Source: Podarcis cretensis
Lineage: Eukaryota
Direction: 5' to 3'
DNA length: 64,000 nucleotides
NCBI GenBank assembly: GCA_951804945.1
Contig: OX638149.1
Location: 88,412,001-88,476,000 of the forward strand
Shown piece after piece: positions 24,174 through 37,644 of the stretch (position 1 is the first letter of the stretch; each line of letters begins with the position of its first letter). The position numbers were made by a program, and so were the translations under genes. The notes under the pieces are model-generated. The model was not told the origin of the DNA. It saw only the letters and a list, made by a program, of their open reading frames with translations, and made no database searches.

Positions 24174-27100
24174 TAGCCCTTCCCTACAACTCACCTGCCG
24201 ACCAGAATCCTTGAGTCGGGCATGGATGCGCTGCACAAAAGCAGGGTCTCCCAGAAGGCTCAGTGGGGCACTCAGCTGCACATGGGAAGGATCTGTGGCA
24301 TCTATCAAGTGCTGCCACTCCTCATCGCTATCCAACTCCTAAGAGGCAAGAGTAAGTCAGTGAGGACCACCACCATCAGAAAGCCAAGAAAGTACTTCCT
24401 TGCAACTATGCAAATGACTGTGGTACCTGGCCATGCACTCACCTCAGTCTCCAGATCCACAGTGTCAATGCTGCGTCTGCCTCGTGCTTCTGCTCTGCCA
24501 CTTTCTGGCCTCAGCTCTGGGAATTCCCGCTCGTAATCCTGTGTGATCCGATTCTCTCTGTCCATGAAGAAGAGGGATGAGAGGCTGAAGGCGGGCTACA
24601 CAACAATGAAATGTTCTCACCCCAGCTTTGGTTTTCTCTTGTAAAGGACCCCTGGACAGTTAAGTCCAGTCAAAGGTGACTATGAAGTGCAGCACTCATC
24701 TCGCTTTCAGGCCGAGGGAGCTGGTGTTTGTCCACAAACAGCTTTCCAGGTCATGTGGCAACGGGACACCGTGAAGAGTGCCAGAGAGAACAGAAATGCC
24801 ATTTACCTTCCTACCACAGTGATACCTATTTATCTACTCACAATGGTATGCTTTTGAACTTCTAGGCTGGCAGAATCTGGGACATATATATGTCAGCTAA
24901 TTTAGTTGATTCCAGTGTTGTCTTGGTCATTTGGTATTACTTAGAGCAACAGTATCTCTATCTGAAAGTCCTGCAAGCTGGAACTTACATTTCTATGTAT
25001 AACTTTGTCCAGAGCTGTTTTGCTGAGCCTATTACTTCTACAGCAGTAAAAGATCTGGACCTTACTCTGATTCTGTGTGGTGTCTGGTACTGCCAGCTTT
25101 AGATCCACACTTCCCTTGCACGTGTATCATATACCACATTCTCAACAAAATAAACGCATTTCAACTCCTTCTTCTCACCGAGGTGTGGGGGAAGATTCCT
25201 TTTGCTCCCACTCCATTCCCTTTCCTCCAAGGCTAGGGTGCCTTTGTTCTCCAGTGCCAGGAGCTGCCCGATTCGCTTCTCTGGGATCTGTCTGAGCAAG
25301 GCAGGCTTTGCGTGTGTGGCTCTGGACCCCCTTGGGGGTTTCTTCCTTAAACAAAACCCTGGATTTCCCCATCTCCTGTAAGAAGTCAAGCAACACAGGA
25401 TGATTCTAATGGACTGCACCCCACCATACCGTAAGTCGCCTTGCCAGCAATGGTACTACCCGCCTCTCACCTTTCTCCGAGCCTCCTGGGCCATCTTCTG
25501 CCGTGCTTTCCTCAAGATCTTTGACTGGCCACTGTGAGGGGCCAGCGAGTGTGTCTGCTGCTCTTTCAGGGCCTGCAGTTCAGGAGGTAGTTTGCTGGTG
25601 AAAGGGTTGGTAATGCCTTGATCCGCTGTGTCATCAATCACTGCAAAAGAGAAGGTCCATGTCGGTGACTGGGCTTGCTTGAATTGGGCTCTGTAAGGAA
25701 AGGCAGATGCAGGAGCCAGATGGGGGGAAATTGCAAGTAAGCATGGCAGCTGGTACTCACCAGTGACCCGCCCTGCAATGAAGGGGTGATAGAGTAGCTC
25801 TGGCCAGGACAGGCGCTGCCGAGGGTCTTTCATCAACAGGCCTTGCAAGAAGCTCTACACAGTAATGAGAGATGGTCACTTGCACGTCCTCACACTACTT
25901 ATAGTCTATAACCCCAGCTGCTAATTTTACAAGGAAAACCTTGGAGTCAATGAAATTCCTTGGTCGCTGTGGGAAGAGTCTATTCAATCCATGCATACAA
26001 AAAGCACATTTTCCAGAATGTTCCCATTTTTTTCATTTTTAAGTTTCTAGCTCTGAAGATTACTGAAAAAAGTCTTGCAAACATGGCTGCATATTCTGTC
26101 TTAAGAAAGAAACCTGGTGGCCCCAATACCACCTAAACATGTTTGCACACAGAACTACATTCTTTGGTACAAGGTAGCAATGTGGTGTCCTTCAGACATT
26201 GTAGACAACATTACCCTAACCACTGGCCAAACTGGCTGTGGCTGATGCAGTCAAAATCATTGGGGGGGGGGCATCCCTGCCTTAGCAAGTACACTCTTAT
26301 CCCAGTCTAATCCCCACAGGCAGTGGGGTAGGATAAGGATTGGAGAATGCACTTAAAATCTGTATTTCTACCTTTCAGACATACACAACAACAGTGTGAA
26401 AGAGGCCAAGTGGCATGAGTGAACAAAATCTAAGGCGTTCAAGCTTCCAAGGAGAGAACAAACTCAAACCACAGATACATACAGTGTAATGCCAGAGATA
26501 CAGATAGCTGAATTTGAGTCATGGGAAACCCAAAAGTATAAGCTTCTAGAGCAAAATATATCTCTTATGGCCCTTAGCAGGGCAATCTACCTTACAGGGC
26601 TCTTGTGTGTGGATAAAATGAGACTAAAGAAGCAATGCATCTAAACCTGCCCTGAGATCATTGGATGGAGTTGGGAAGGCATTTAAGTACAGTTACCTTG
26701 AAGTTGGGGCTTATATTTTTTGGCCACTTGATGGGGTCCTTGATGATCAAGCTCACCAACTGGAAGATGCTGTTGGTGTAGAAGGGTGGTGTCCCCACAC
26801 ACAGCTCATACAGAATGCATCCCACTGACCAGAGGTCAGCTGTGTGGTCGTAGGGTTTCTCTTCCACTAGCTCAGGCGCCATATACAGTGGAGTGCCTTT
26901 TATAGATGTCAGCACCATGGTGTGAATACTCATTGCACGGGCAAACCTTCCCAGGAAAGAAAGAAGACAACTGAGACCTTTCAGTAATGAGACCAGAGAT
27001 TGGTTGGGGAGATCAGTTCTTAACGTACCTACCCAAAGTCACAGAGCTTGATCACTCCTCCTTTCCCAAGAAGGATGTTTTGGGGTTTCATGTCACGGTG

Positions 27101-29231
27101 CAAGATTCGGTGGGAATGCAGATAATAGAGCGCCGAGACCAACTGAGAGGCAATATCTTGCACCTGAAAGAAAATGACAACCCTGATACTTTGCAAAGCC
27201 CATTTAATCCTGTAGGGATGCTCCACATCTCCAGCATAAAACTTCCATTCCTTTTTGTTATCTTCACCGATGCCCCTCAATTGTGAATCACAAGTCCTTC
27301 CCCAACACACAGAAATCTACTTGTATTATCCTAAGACACTTAGATCTATTTTTATCCTTGCGGGCAGCAGAGAGCAAGCATTTCCACTCTTCTATGTACC
27401 CTTCAGGTATTTGAAGACTGCAATCATGTCCATCTGCTGCTAGACTTCTCTTCTCCCGATTCAACGCTAGTTCAAAACACATATGTTCACTCAGGCATCA
27501 CTTGAAGTGTGACTCCAGATATTCTTATTTATTTAGAATAAGGGCTGTAACTCAGTGGTAGAGCTTTGCATACAGAAGGTCCCAGGTTCAATCCTCAGCA
27601 TCTCTAGATAGGGGTGGCAATGTCCCTTGTCTAAAACACTGGAGAGTCATTGCCAGTCAAAGCAGACGTAACTGTGCTAGATGGACTAATGGTTTGACTC
27701 AAGGCAGCTTCCTATCTTCTTATTACTAATCATGGTGAATTTTATACTGAGTTTGTAATGTTTTATGGTTTATTGTGTTTTTATATTGTACCATACACCA
27801 CTTTTGATATTCCAGTTTGAGCAATATATAAACTGGTTAAAAACTTAATAAACAAAAAGACGTACAGTACCAACTTCCTTAAACCTTTCCTTGATTTAAT
27901 CTGTTCTAATATCATCCCTGGTATCAAATTCAGAGGGATGGGTCTCTAGTTTCTCAGATCATCTTTTTAAAGATTGGGACTGTCTTGTAAGCACCTCAGT
28001 CACTATTCCAGGAGATGTAACAGGTTCATGTCAAAGTACACAGCTGGAGGGTTTATGGCCTAGCAGAGACTGACACCTACCCAGACTCCAGCTACTCTCC
28101 CATTCCTGGAGTCATTCATCACACTGAATCCCCACTTACTCTTCGCGTCATAGTTACCTGCTCCTCAGGCAAGTTCCCATCATCCTCAAGGATCTGAAAA
28201 AGCTCCCCTTCAGCATAATCTGTCACTACTACAACCTAAAGGAGATAAACAAGACCAGAATGCCAATGAGAACATTTTCAAAGGTGGGACACTTGTGAGT
28301 AGGGAATGACAGTATGACTAAGCTCTCTGTACTGTTTGAAGCCAACAGGAAACCACCATCAAAAGAAGAGTGTGCAGCAGCTACCAACACATTTTTATTT
28401 GATGAAGGTCCCTATGAAGAGCTCCAAACTCTAAGTGTGTTGGGACATTCTTTGGATAATGTCATTCTGCTGATAGGTCTTGGCAGGCTAATTACCTGAT
28501 GCAGCCTCATGAACCAATAGGCTTGATGTGGCAATCCACACTTCTACAGACAAGATGTGTAATTTAGATAGCTGTTACCAAAATGGCTAAATTTTAGTTC
28601 ACTCCTCCTAGGTACTCATTGGGACATCTGGAGAACACCATATAACCTAAACTTCATCAAACAAAATGTAGCCGTTTTCAGGCCTTTCTGCTTCTTGGGG
28701 GACTTTCCACAAAGCCAGGAAGACACCATTTTCTTCTTCACCTCCCACACTTAAAAAGGACTCCCAGCAAGTCCTTTACCTCTTTATCAGTCTCAAAACT
28801 GTCAAGCATCTGGACAATGTTGGGATGATGAAGCCCCCTCATGATCTCAATCTCTCGCTGCAAATTCTTCAGCTCTTTCTGTGAGCGACCCACTTTAGGG
28901 ATAAACTTCAAGGCCACCACCTGCCAAAAAATAATTATTATTTTAAAAGGCTGGAAATGTGTCATACACTACTTTCCCCTCTGTCCCTGAAAAACTCATT
29001 GTGAAACAATGACCACTGCAGGCTCAGGAGCAGACTTCTTATATAGCAATCTTTGGAAACAAATCTCCCTAAATTAACTCTCTTGCCTGTTGATGAGGTC
29101 CATCCCCGTTCCCTTGTGCACTCTGCCCTGTTCCCTTGTGCTCTTACCTGTGCACTGTATTTGCGACGCCCCTTGTACACTCTTCCAAAAGAGCCTTCGC
29201 CAATCATCTCCAAGACATGATACTTCTCCAT
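11660..29231 (-). CDS. STK36: Serine/threonine kinase 36 (Fused homolog), complete, 26 coding exons, ~1319 aa
   Basis: Exons (minus strand): 29231-29148, 28920-28780, 28235-28158, 27163-27033, 26946-26697, 25854-25761, 25640-25471, 25375-25179, 24557-24443, 24338-24195, 23272-23093, 22277-22180, 21838-21733, 21227-21086, 20420-20308, 20197-20093, 19919-19824, 19352-19258, 18478-18415, 17941-17831, 17693-17619, 16376-16205, 15960-15813, 14526-14367, 13903-13160, 11806-11660. All are GT-AG, phases match, total 3960 nt. Kinase motifs [40 protein letters not shown]; C-terminal HEAT/ARM repeats. Confidence 0.95.
12130..12328 (+). mobile_element. CR1 LINE 3' end fragment
   Basis: ..GACTCTCCTTCCTTGGAAG..CTAGATGACC..CCCTTCC..ATTCTATGATTCT tail; related copy on - at ~20808-21020. 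Confidence 0.7.
14855..15207 (+). mobile_element. Sauria-type SINE, full length
   Basis: GGGACACGGGTGGTGCTGTGG head, B-box GGTTCGAATCC, degenerate ACCTTT tail; degenerate TSD TGTTACACCAAGC / TGTTATACCAAAGC. Confidence 0.85.
15399..15438 (+). repeat. (CTAAT)8 pentanucleotide microsatellite
   Basis: Perfect tandem repeat visible in the sequence. Confidence 0.95.
20808..21020 (-). mobile_element. CR1 LINE 3' end fragment
   Basis: ATAGAATTGTAGAGTTGGAAGGGACC..ATCTAGTCCAACCCCCTGCAAT is the reverse complement of the 12130-12328 type sequence. Confidence 0.7.
23560..23921 (+). mobile_element. Sauria-type SINE, young full-length copy
   Basis: tRNA-like A/B boxes, ACCTTT tail, perfect 12-bp TSD TATACCCTGTCA (23548-23559 and 23922-23933). 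Confidence 0.9.
24129..24170 (+). repeat. (GT)n microsatellite, ~25 nt into an STK36 intron
   Basis: About 21 GT units. Confidence 0.95.
24643..24885 (-). mobile_element. Older, degenerate Sauria-type SINE
   Basis: GTAAAGGACCCCTGGACAGTTAAGTCCAGTC..TTTACCTTCC..TACCTATTTATCTACT matches the reverse complement of the other copies. Confidence 0.7.
27542..27718 (+). mobile_element. Older tRNA-derived SINE
   Basis: GGGCTGTAACTCAGTGGTAGAGC (A box) ..CCCAGGTTCAATCC (B box) followed by a non-tRNA body; no complete cloverleaf. Confidence 0.65.
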
Positions 29232-29999
29232 GATGGGAATGTGGGGAGGGGTGGGTATTAATCTGAAAGGGCAGAGACAAGAGATTAAGCTAATCACAAA
29301 TAGTAAATGAAAAATGTAAGCACAATGGCAAAGCATGTCAATTCACAATACCATTTTGCAAAGTTATCATTATTATTTATTATATTTGTATACCTCCCTT
29401 CATCTGAAGATCCCAAGGCTGTTCACAACAGAAAAATGCAAAATAAGCATACAAATCATGCATGTGTGGTCAAAACCAAGAATCAAAAAGAAAAAAGGGA
29501 GCGAAGCAGTCAGAAAAGGTTGGGGAAAGGGAAATAGACTCTGGCAAAGCCAATATTACATACATATCAGGCAAACAGCTCCAAAGAGGGGTCCCAGATC
29601 TCAGAATAGTTGTGCTTTTTGCACCTCCAGGCAAAATGCATGAGATGCATGACAAGAAATCTCTCCAACCAAGGAGCTATTGGAGGAGATATCAAGTCCT
29701 TGCAATGCTGTAAAACCATTTGCTTAGCCACCAATAAAGCATGCAAGTTCCAGGACATTAGGATATAACAGAGCCATCCATGACCATCCAAATATTTCAG
29801 CGACAGTCTCATAACAAAATTAATTTGAGCAAGCACCTTCACCGAAAAAGAAGCCAATGCAAGGCATGTTTTTAATGCTTCCCAAGAAAAAAGTTAAGGC
29901 ACCCCTGGTCCAAAGTGCCCATCAGGAGTCCATCAACACACACAGTCTTTTTAGCCATATTCTTGCCTGCACAACTCTCCGAATCCCTTTTGCTATACT

Positions 30000-30480
30000 G
30001 TATAAAGTCCTCACCCGGCCACGGCGTCTTGAAGAGCCTCCTAAGGCGACGATCCTACGCCCACTTACTTAGGAGTAAGCTCCGCAAAAGTGAAATGGGG
30101 CAGAGAAATGCACACAAGGTCGGGCTGTGCGCTGCAGCCCGACACCGGCTCCTTCGCCTCAGCCTCCTCCAGAGGAAGGACAGAAGCACCCACGTCCCAC
30201 CCGCCCCGTCTGACAAAGCCTTTGCAGCGCTGAGCCCCGGCGGGGGCCGTTGGAACCCGGCGGCTCGAGAGTAGGGCGGGGCGGGGCGGGCGGAGGCTGG
30301 TTATCAGCGCAGGCCCCGCGCAACGGCGTCTCCCGGCTGTTGCCTAGCAACCCTCAGCGCCGGAAGAGAACCCGGCAAGAATTCCAAAGCGGTTGAGTTT
30401 CCGGGCCTGTCAAGATGGCGGCGACCGGCGACAGCGAGGAGCAGGAGGAGTTGGCTGCGGATTGGTAAGGGAGCGGTTCG
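30000..30480. promoter_or_regulatory. CpG-rich bidirectional promoter STK36/RNF25, including the probable non-coding first exon of STK36 (donor at 30064-30068 on -)
   Basis: Head-to-head genes. GC boxes GGGCGGGGCGGGGCGGG (~30274-30290), X-box GTTGCCTAGCAAC (30339-30351), ETS CCGGAAG (~30360-30366), YY1-like CAAGATGGCGGC overlapping the RNF25 ATG. Confidence 0.85.
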
Positions 30481-33400
30481 GCCTTGTGTGTCCTCCTTTC
30501 TCTCTCAGCGGAAGGCAGATGAGCAAATGCCTGGCGTATCCCCCCCCCCTTTCCTCCTCTGTTTTCTGTAGCCCAGGCCATCTCTTCACGAAGGAATTTT
30601 CTGGTTTCTTCGTTCGTCTTGTTCTTATGTAATGTTCGACATGTACGATGTGGTTCGTCATCTTCCTGGGTCTCGTCACAACCCCCGCTATTTCTGAGGG
30701 TAGGGGGCTAAGAGAGAAAGGCAGCGCCCAGTAGCCGAACAAGCAGCGATATGAATCTTATATCCAAGCCAAGTGCAAAATCCATTCCCTGGGCCAATCC
30801 TGTTCCTCCTCGCCCTTTGGTCTTCTAGCAGGGTTTTTTTTTTGTTTGTTTGTTTTTACAAACTCCTTATGAAAAACCGTAGATAGAGAAATAAATACCT
30901 TCTCTTTACCGCACAGTTACCTGGCTAGAAGCATATGCCAACTGAGATCTCTTCTCAGTCAGCTGCTGTTATGCCACTGGTTCCTTATGGATATTATGAA
31001 AAAATACTCCATGCAACAATCTCACTCTCGGTTAGTATTACAGCTGTGTTTCTGCCCTTTGCAGTATGGAGCTGTGTCGTTTTTCAGCCACAGAATCAAA
31101 ACAGAAAGAAAGTGACAGCCTTTCTCAAGCATGGTAAACTACCCACTGTTGTGGGAATTGTGTGTAAGGTAAAATTCTGAGAAGTAGCCAGAGAGAAATG
31201 TTTTTGTGGTTTTCATTATCACTGGCAGCAGCAAAGGTCTGCTAGTTTAGACTCTGTGCCCCTTCACAAGTGCCTATCCTCTTAAGTGTTTTAGTGGCAT
31301 TTTTAAAATTCAGGTTGTTATGTTGGATTGCCACAAGATGTCAGCATTTACAAATGGGTTGCATGACCCCCAAAACTTAAATTAATGTAGGCGTCTAATG
31401 TGATGTATGTGTTATTTGTTCTTCTTGAACACTGATTTGCCTGCCATGGTGATACTCTAAAGCAGTTTTGCCCTGGTGGGCTAGATCTTTATCTCTCCCA
31501 CCCCAATGGGCCAATTTTGAGAAGTGTGTGGGACCACCTACCTGTCAATCATTTGGTGACATATTGATATCAGGTGATTGACAGATGGACTGTTCCAACC
31601 TACTGTCATTGTTGGCCCTGGGGGAGAATTGAACTCCCTATGCATTAGCTCATGCAAGAGTTGTGTGTGTCTCTATGTGTTTCTGTCCTGCTCTGTACAT
31701 ACTGGGAGGTGCCAGTCCAGTTCCAGCAGGAAGAGGCTGATGTGCTTGATCTGAGCTGAATTGAACTTCCTGAGCATCAGCTAATGCATAGGAGTTCAAT
31801 CCTGATTTCTATCTGCCCCACACATAACATCATACATGATGGACTGGAGAAACCTGAGGAAATTAGCCTTATGTATCATATTAATATATTTTTTTTCTTA
31901 CTCAGGGCTCTGCCTTCAGAAGTGGAAGTCTTGGAGTCCATCTACTTGGATGAGCTACATGTGTCTAAAGGAAATGGAAGGTAATTGCAACATTGTCAGA
32001 TCCTTTGCTGGTTCTTTGTTTTATGGTATTGATCACTCCTGTGATCTTGCATATGTCATTGTGGAACTTGATTCCTGGTTTAGAAGACTGTACCCTGTTT
32101 TTGGATTAGACTACAGTGTCCTGCACAAACTCGGAATGAATTGCAACCCCTGATTCATGTTTGTTAATTTCCCAAAATATTAGTCACTTCTTTTTTCCCC
32201 CTCCTTGTATTTGATACTACCATTCTGAAATAGTTACCTTTGTAAGAATATGGGGTGGGAAGAATGAAAGGTCTGCATTATGCCTGCTTCAATCTCCTTT
32301 CAGCCTGAGAAAGGAAGGAATAACAACCCACCTGCATTATCTCTCCTGTTCCATCTTCCTTTCATTTGACACCAGACTCTCACTTGAGCCTCTCTTCAAC
32401 CCTAGGTCTGTGCCGTGGGAAATATCTATCACCCTTCATCCAGCAACTGCAGAGGACCAGGAGTCTCAGTATGTCTGCTTAACCTTGGTGCTATCCGTGC
32501 CTCTTCAGGTAAAGCCTTGTATGTCCTGAGTGACTATTTTGCTATGTAGCACTTTAGCATGGCTGTACTACTCATTTTGACTTGGCTGTGTTTCTTATTA
32601 GTATCCAAATGAAGTGCCAAAGATAGCCATCCAGAATCCTCGAGGGCTGTCAGATGAGCAAATCCAAAAGTAAGTGTATTATGCAAACTCTTTCCAGTTC
32701 AGTGCAAGAAGTAAGGTTTTCTTTGTTTCAGTCTGTCACACTTTTAATGGAAAGTGTGGGGAGGTGGGAGCTTCTTTATATTGTGTTCCACCTGCCCAAT
32801 GATCTTATGTGGAATATGTATTATGCAGCTGTTCTCTTAATTTAGAGCTGTGCTATGAAGGCTGTTGCTATGTTACTAACATTGGGAGCATGGGGAATGA
32901 GGTTACAAACAAGACTGGAAGTTCTAATCATGTAATCAACATGTTTGGGTACATATAAATTATGGTGTTTGTGTGTAAAATTGGCATTGGGGGAATACAT
33001 GTTAAAGGAGATCTTTCCCTTAAAAGTTATTGATAGGTGGACAAAATTAAGAGATGAGAGGCAATGCATCTTGGTACATTACTGTATCAGAAATGCAGCG
33101 TCTTCATCCAAAACAAAGTCCCAGCTTCTGTTGCTCTTTACACGTGGCTTACTAGAAACTGCTTTCCCTTCCATGCTTTCCCTTCCCCTAGAAGGGCTTC
33201 AAGCTGCTTTTTCAATTGCAGTCTGGTACCACTTCCTTCTAATTTGTACTGAAGTAGCTACTATGTCAGATGAGATACTGGGTGAGAGGCTGGAGCCCAT
33301 CCTGTATTGCTGTTGAGATTGCTATTGCAAGTGGCTGATTTAGCCACTCCAGTTCTTGCCATCTCACTTCCCTGGACATCTATTCTAGCCTTTCTCCTTA

Positions 33401-36400
33401 CCCTGCCCCCTTTTTTGCCTCCATTTTAGGATTTCCCAGACACTACAATGTACTGCTGAGGCCCAGCTGGGTACAGCTATGTTATATGAGCTAATAGAGG
33501 TAAGAGAACAGAAAGGGGAGGCAGGCTGTCCAGACCTATGGCTTGGGCTGTTGCGCCTTTATTGTGTGAAATGACAAACTGACCCTCTCTGTCTTCACAG
33601 AAGGGAAAGGAAATCCTTACAGACAACAACATCCCTCATGGGCAGTGTGTGATTTGCCTGTATGGCTTTCAGGTAAGGGCATGCTGGATTGGCATCTTGT
33701 TTTCATTTGTGGTAAGCCATAGGGAATAAAAGCACTAATATAAGGAGGTGGAAGAATGAGGTGAAGCTGGGACTCACTCAGAAAGGAAGGAAGAGGGAAT
33801 GGGAACTTGTTGGGATGTCTCTAGATCCCTTCCTTAGTGCTGTGTTGCATTCTGTTCTGCAAAAGTGTGTGCATGTCTCCCCACAGTGGGAAGGGGAGTA
33901 ACAGTGGGAATGGGGTGCAAAAAGCCCCTGTTAATGTGATTGTTTGAATCTGAGCCAGCATCCACAAATATTACATATGAATTGAAATTGGATTGAATGG
34001 GAATTATTATTTCAATGTATCCTGAAAACGCACAGTGTAGCTGATTTGTATTAATAGGAATCTGTGCCTTCCCCTGTGCAGGAAAATGAAGCTTTCACTA
34101 AGACGCCATGCTACCACTACTTTCACTCACGTTGCCTTGCCAGTTATACAGAGCATATGGAGGAAGAGATCCGTGCAGAGAGGAAAGAAAGAGTACAGCC
34201 TTTGGCACCTCTGCCCAAAGAGGTAATAGCTCCTTGCATGCACCCCACAGCTGCTTCTAGAACTTCACCAACTTTTTCCTCCAGGAATGGCTTCTGAATC
34301 TGGATCAACATTTCCAGTTCATTTTGGTTATTAGTTATAGCGTTGAGAGCTGTGGACAGGATTTTCCCAGATAAATGTTGAAATGGTTTTCCATGGTTCA
34401 GTGCTGTGCATACTTTCGCATTTGCAAGTTATTTTGTCTACAGAGAACAAAATGTTAAGTGATGTGTAAAGTCTGGGAATCTAGTTAAAGACCAGAGGAG
34501 ATGGTCAACATATCTTCCTTTGCTTCAAATACTAAAGAACTGGGGTTCTGTAGATAAAAGCAATCTTCGCAGCTGTAATGCAAGTGACCAAAAAGTAAAC
34601 TCACATTATATCTCATTGAACACCTGTGTTGGTGTGCTTATTGGTGGAAAAGATTGTGAATGGACTTCAACATACACAAAAAAGCTTTGCCAAGAAACAA
34701 AAGTTATCTTCCTCCACTCCCAAACAATAGAACAGTTCTGAGGGCAGGGTTGCTAGTGGTGAGTCTTCACTCTGGCCCAGGAGCATCTTATAAAAGAGAG
34801 CGCTTTACTGATGGATGTTTATAGAATGAAGTTAACTAAGTTCCCAGGAGGCTTGGATGATGAGCTCAGAATCCAGGCTGCCCCGTGATCCTTGTAGTCA
34901 AACTGCACAGCACTCTTCTGCCAATAACACTGTTGTTGAGTGCTAGAGCTCCCCAGGATGAGTAGCAGTTTATCAGGAAAATATTACTCTCTTAAGACAC
35001 ACTGGCGGAGTATGAGAACAGTAGCTGTATATCCCATGACTAGGTCTAACCAAGGCTGAATTTTGTTGTTATTACCTTGTGTACAGGAATTTGAAGTGCA
35101 GTGCCCTGTGTGCAGGGAGCCTCTGGTTTATGATCTTGCAACATTGCAAGCAGCACCACCTCCACAGCAGCCAATGGTAAGGAAACTTTCAAAACAGACC
35201 TTTCACATGGACTTGCTGCTCTTTAAAAGATGCACCAGGCAGGCAGCCTCTTGCTTCACTATTCTCTCTCACTTATTGGACCTGTTGGGCAACCCCATTT
35301 CTCCAAATGAGGTCTGTTAAGTGTTATTTCCAAATAATCATATACCTGGTGCTCTGTATGTCTGCAGGTGGCTATGAGTTCTAACATTCTTGCCAATTTT
35401 TACTTCTACACCAGGGAGAGGAAATTATTTTCAGCCAGGGAGCTGTCTTCCTTTCTATTCAACCTTCCAGGGGCCACATAGGAATTTTATTGTTTGTATA
35501 GCAGGCTAGTTTCACACCCCTTCTTCATTTAGGCAAAAAGTATTAACAGAGTGAAACAACAGATATAGTCAACCCGTGTCTTTGCTTCCCCGTTACACAA
35601 TAGGTAGTACATTTAGTTGTGTTTAGAAATACCAGCTTAGGTTCTAACTAAGAATCCTCTGGGAGGAGCATGCTGTGACTGGAGTTTTACTAATGAGATG
35701 CTCTTGTCTGTGTAAGGAGGTGGGAGGCTGCATTTCCCCCCCCCCCAGTCTTTCTCTCTGCCTGCCCCCCGGCAGCCCCTTTGCCCATCAGATCTGGAGG
35801 GTTGAGAGACCCAGAAGGCTCTGTTTGGGCCAGTCATCTAATTACATGCCTCTCTTTCCTCAGGAGGTGTACCAACCTGACACACAGACACTGCAGCACA
35901 GAGAACAACTGCGCCTGATCTATCAGAAGCAGCAGGAGAAAGGAGGCATCATTGACCCTGAAGCAGAAAGAAATCGCTACTTCATCAGCCTGCAAAAGGT
36001 TAGTGCAGGCAGCAGGAGTACTAAGAGGATAATGGTCATAGGGAAAGAATGAAACAATGGAGGTAGTAATTTTTACTTGCTGAGACATCCTGTCTTGTAG
36101 CACAAGAGAGAGCTTTGTTATTTGCATCCTAGGCAATTCTTTTAAAGTGCTGATGACACTTGTTGCTGGCAAGTTTGCAAGTTACTATAGGTAAAGATTT
36201 AAGCAGCAAAGGCTGGGGAAGACAGATGGGGCGACATCGATATATTAATTCCTGTGGGATCTTTGCCACTCAGACTGAGAATCAAGCCTGCTGGGTTTAT
36301 GCATTTTCTGCCCTTCATTTTGGTTTCTATCCTTTTTAGCCCCCAGATACCACTGAACATGAACAAGTAGCCATCTCAGAAAATGTTCTGGATACTGACA

Positions 36401-37080
36401 AGGAACTGAGGCCATCAGTAGGCTCAGAACATACCCAAGGAACTGCAGAGGCTGCTGTTCCAGTGAGGAATGAACCTGAAAAACCAGAGAGACCACCTGT
36501 CCCTTTGCATTTCCATAGCAAGAGAGAGAGGACTCGAGAGGAGAAACCATCTATACAAGGCCCTGGCTGGCAGCTGCGCTACAAGTCACTGGAGACACCA
36601 GCAGAAACTCATTGTCTTCTCACTGTTGAGGGAAAATCCAGAACCTTCAGTAGAAGACCCAACTGGAGAAAGGAGAGGGGACAGCGAAGCTGTGGGAGGT
36701 ACAATCAAGACTTCTCAAAATCTTGCAGCAGAGACCAAGTGTCTTCACTGGTGGAGAAAAAAGAGCTGCGCACCAGAGGAATCTCACCAACCAAAGAGGG
36801 AATGTATTTGAGAGAGGAGAAAAATGTTGTGGGGAAATGGACGCAGGAGCAGAAAAGTCAAGCCCATGACAGTGAGGAAGTAAACTTGGAGGTTAGCCAT
36901 AATGAGCTCAGGGGGTCGGCCAAGTGGCAGGGTCGCCGTGGGATGCAGGATTGTAGGCAGTGGGAAAAGCCCAAGGGCAGAGAACATGCATCTTATATTA
37001 AAGTGCCAAGAGGCCGAGGACGCACCCCATTGAACTCAAGGAGAGAGCTGCAGAGCCAAGAGACTGAGGATGGCTCCTAG
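30415..37080 (+). CDS. RNF25: E3 ubiquitin ligase RNF25 (AO7; RWD + RING-H2), complete, 10 exons, ~514 aa
   Basis: Exons 30415-30464, 31906-31980, 32406-32508, 32602-32669, 33430-33499, 33601-33672, 34082-34222, 35087-35176, 35864-35998, 36340-37080; phases consistent, total 1545 nt. Motifs LPSEVEVLESIYLDEL, YPNEVP (RWD), CVICLYGF..CYHYFHSRC..CPVCRE (RING), QQEKGGIIDPEAERNRYFISL. Confidence 0.95.
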
Positions 37081-37290
37081 CAGGCAGGAGTTGAGGCTTG
37101 AGGGGCTTTTTCTAGGAACAAACACTGGTGATTTTGTTGTGCTGTCAACCATTGGCCTTGATTGTACGGAAAAGCAGATCTGTCTTGAAATTCTCCTCTT
37201 GGCCATGGGTGGTTTATGTCTTGCAGAGTAGGGGTATATTGTCCTCAGAAATCAGAATTACTGTCTGTGGACTGTAGTAAATAACTGAAT

Positions 37291-37296
37291 AATAAA
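37291..37296 (+). terminator. Polyadenylation signal of RNF25
   Basis: AATAAA ~210 nt after the stop codon. Confidence 0.65.
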
Positions 37297-37433
37297 TGGT
37301 AGCCAAATGCTATTGCCCATGGGTAAACTGTAGGATCTTACAGTGAATCAGCGCTGTGTAGAGGACTGTTTGAGGCTGAATCACTGAACTAAAAGCCAAG
37401 CTTGAAAAATAACTATTAAGTAACCCTGTTCTA

Positions 37434-37644
37434 GGGACGCAGGTGGCGCTGTGGGTTAAAGCCTCAGCGCCTAGGGCTTGCCGATCGAAAGGTCAGCGGT
37501 TCGAATCCCTGCGGCGGGGTGCGCTCCCACTGCTCGGTCCCAGCGCCTGCCAACCTAGCAGTTCGAAAGCACCTCCGGGTGCAAGTAGATAAATAGGGAC
37601 CGCTTACCAGCGGGAAGGTAAACGGCGTTTCCTTTACCTTTACC
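37434..37644 (+). mobile_element. Sauria-type SINE with internal deletion
   Basis: Head and ACCTTT tail retained, 3' body missing; perfect 13-bp TSD TAACCCTGTTCTA (37421-37433 and 37645-37657). Confidence 0.9.

Noticed and set aside
27542-27605. Possible tRNA gene
   Set aside because: Has A/B boxes but an incomplete cloverleaf and continues into a SINE body.
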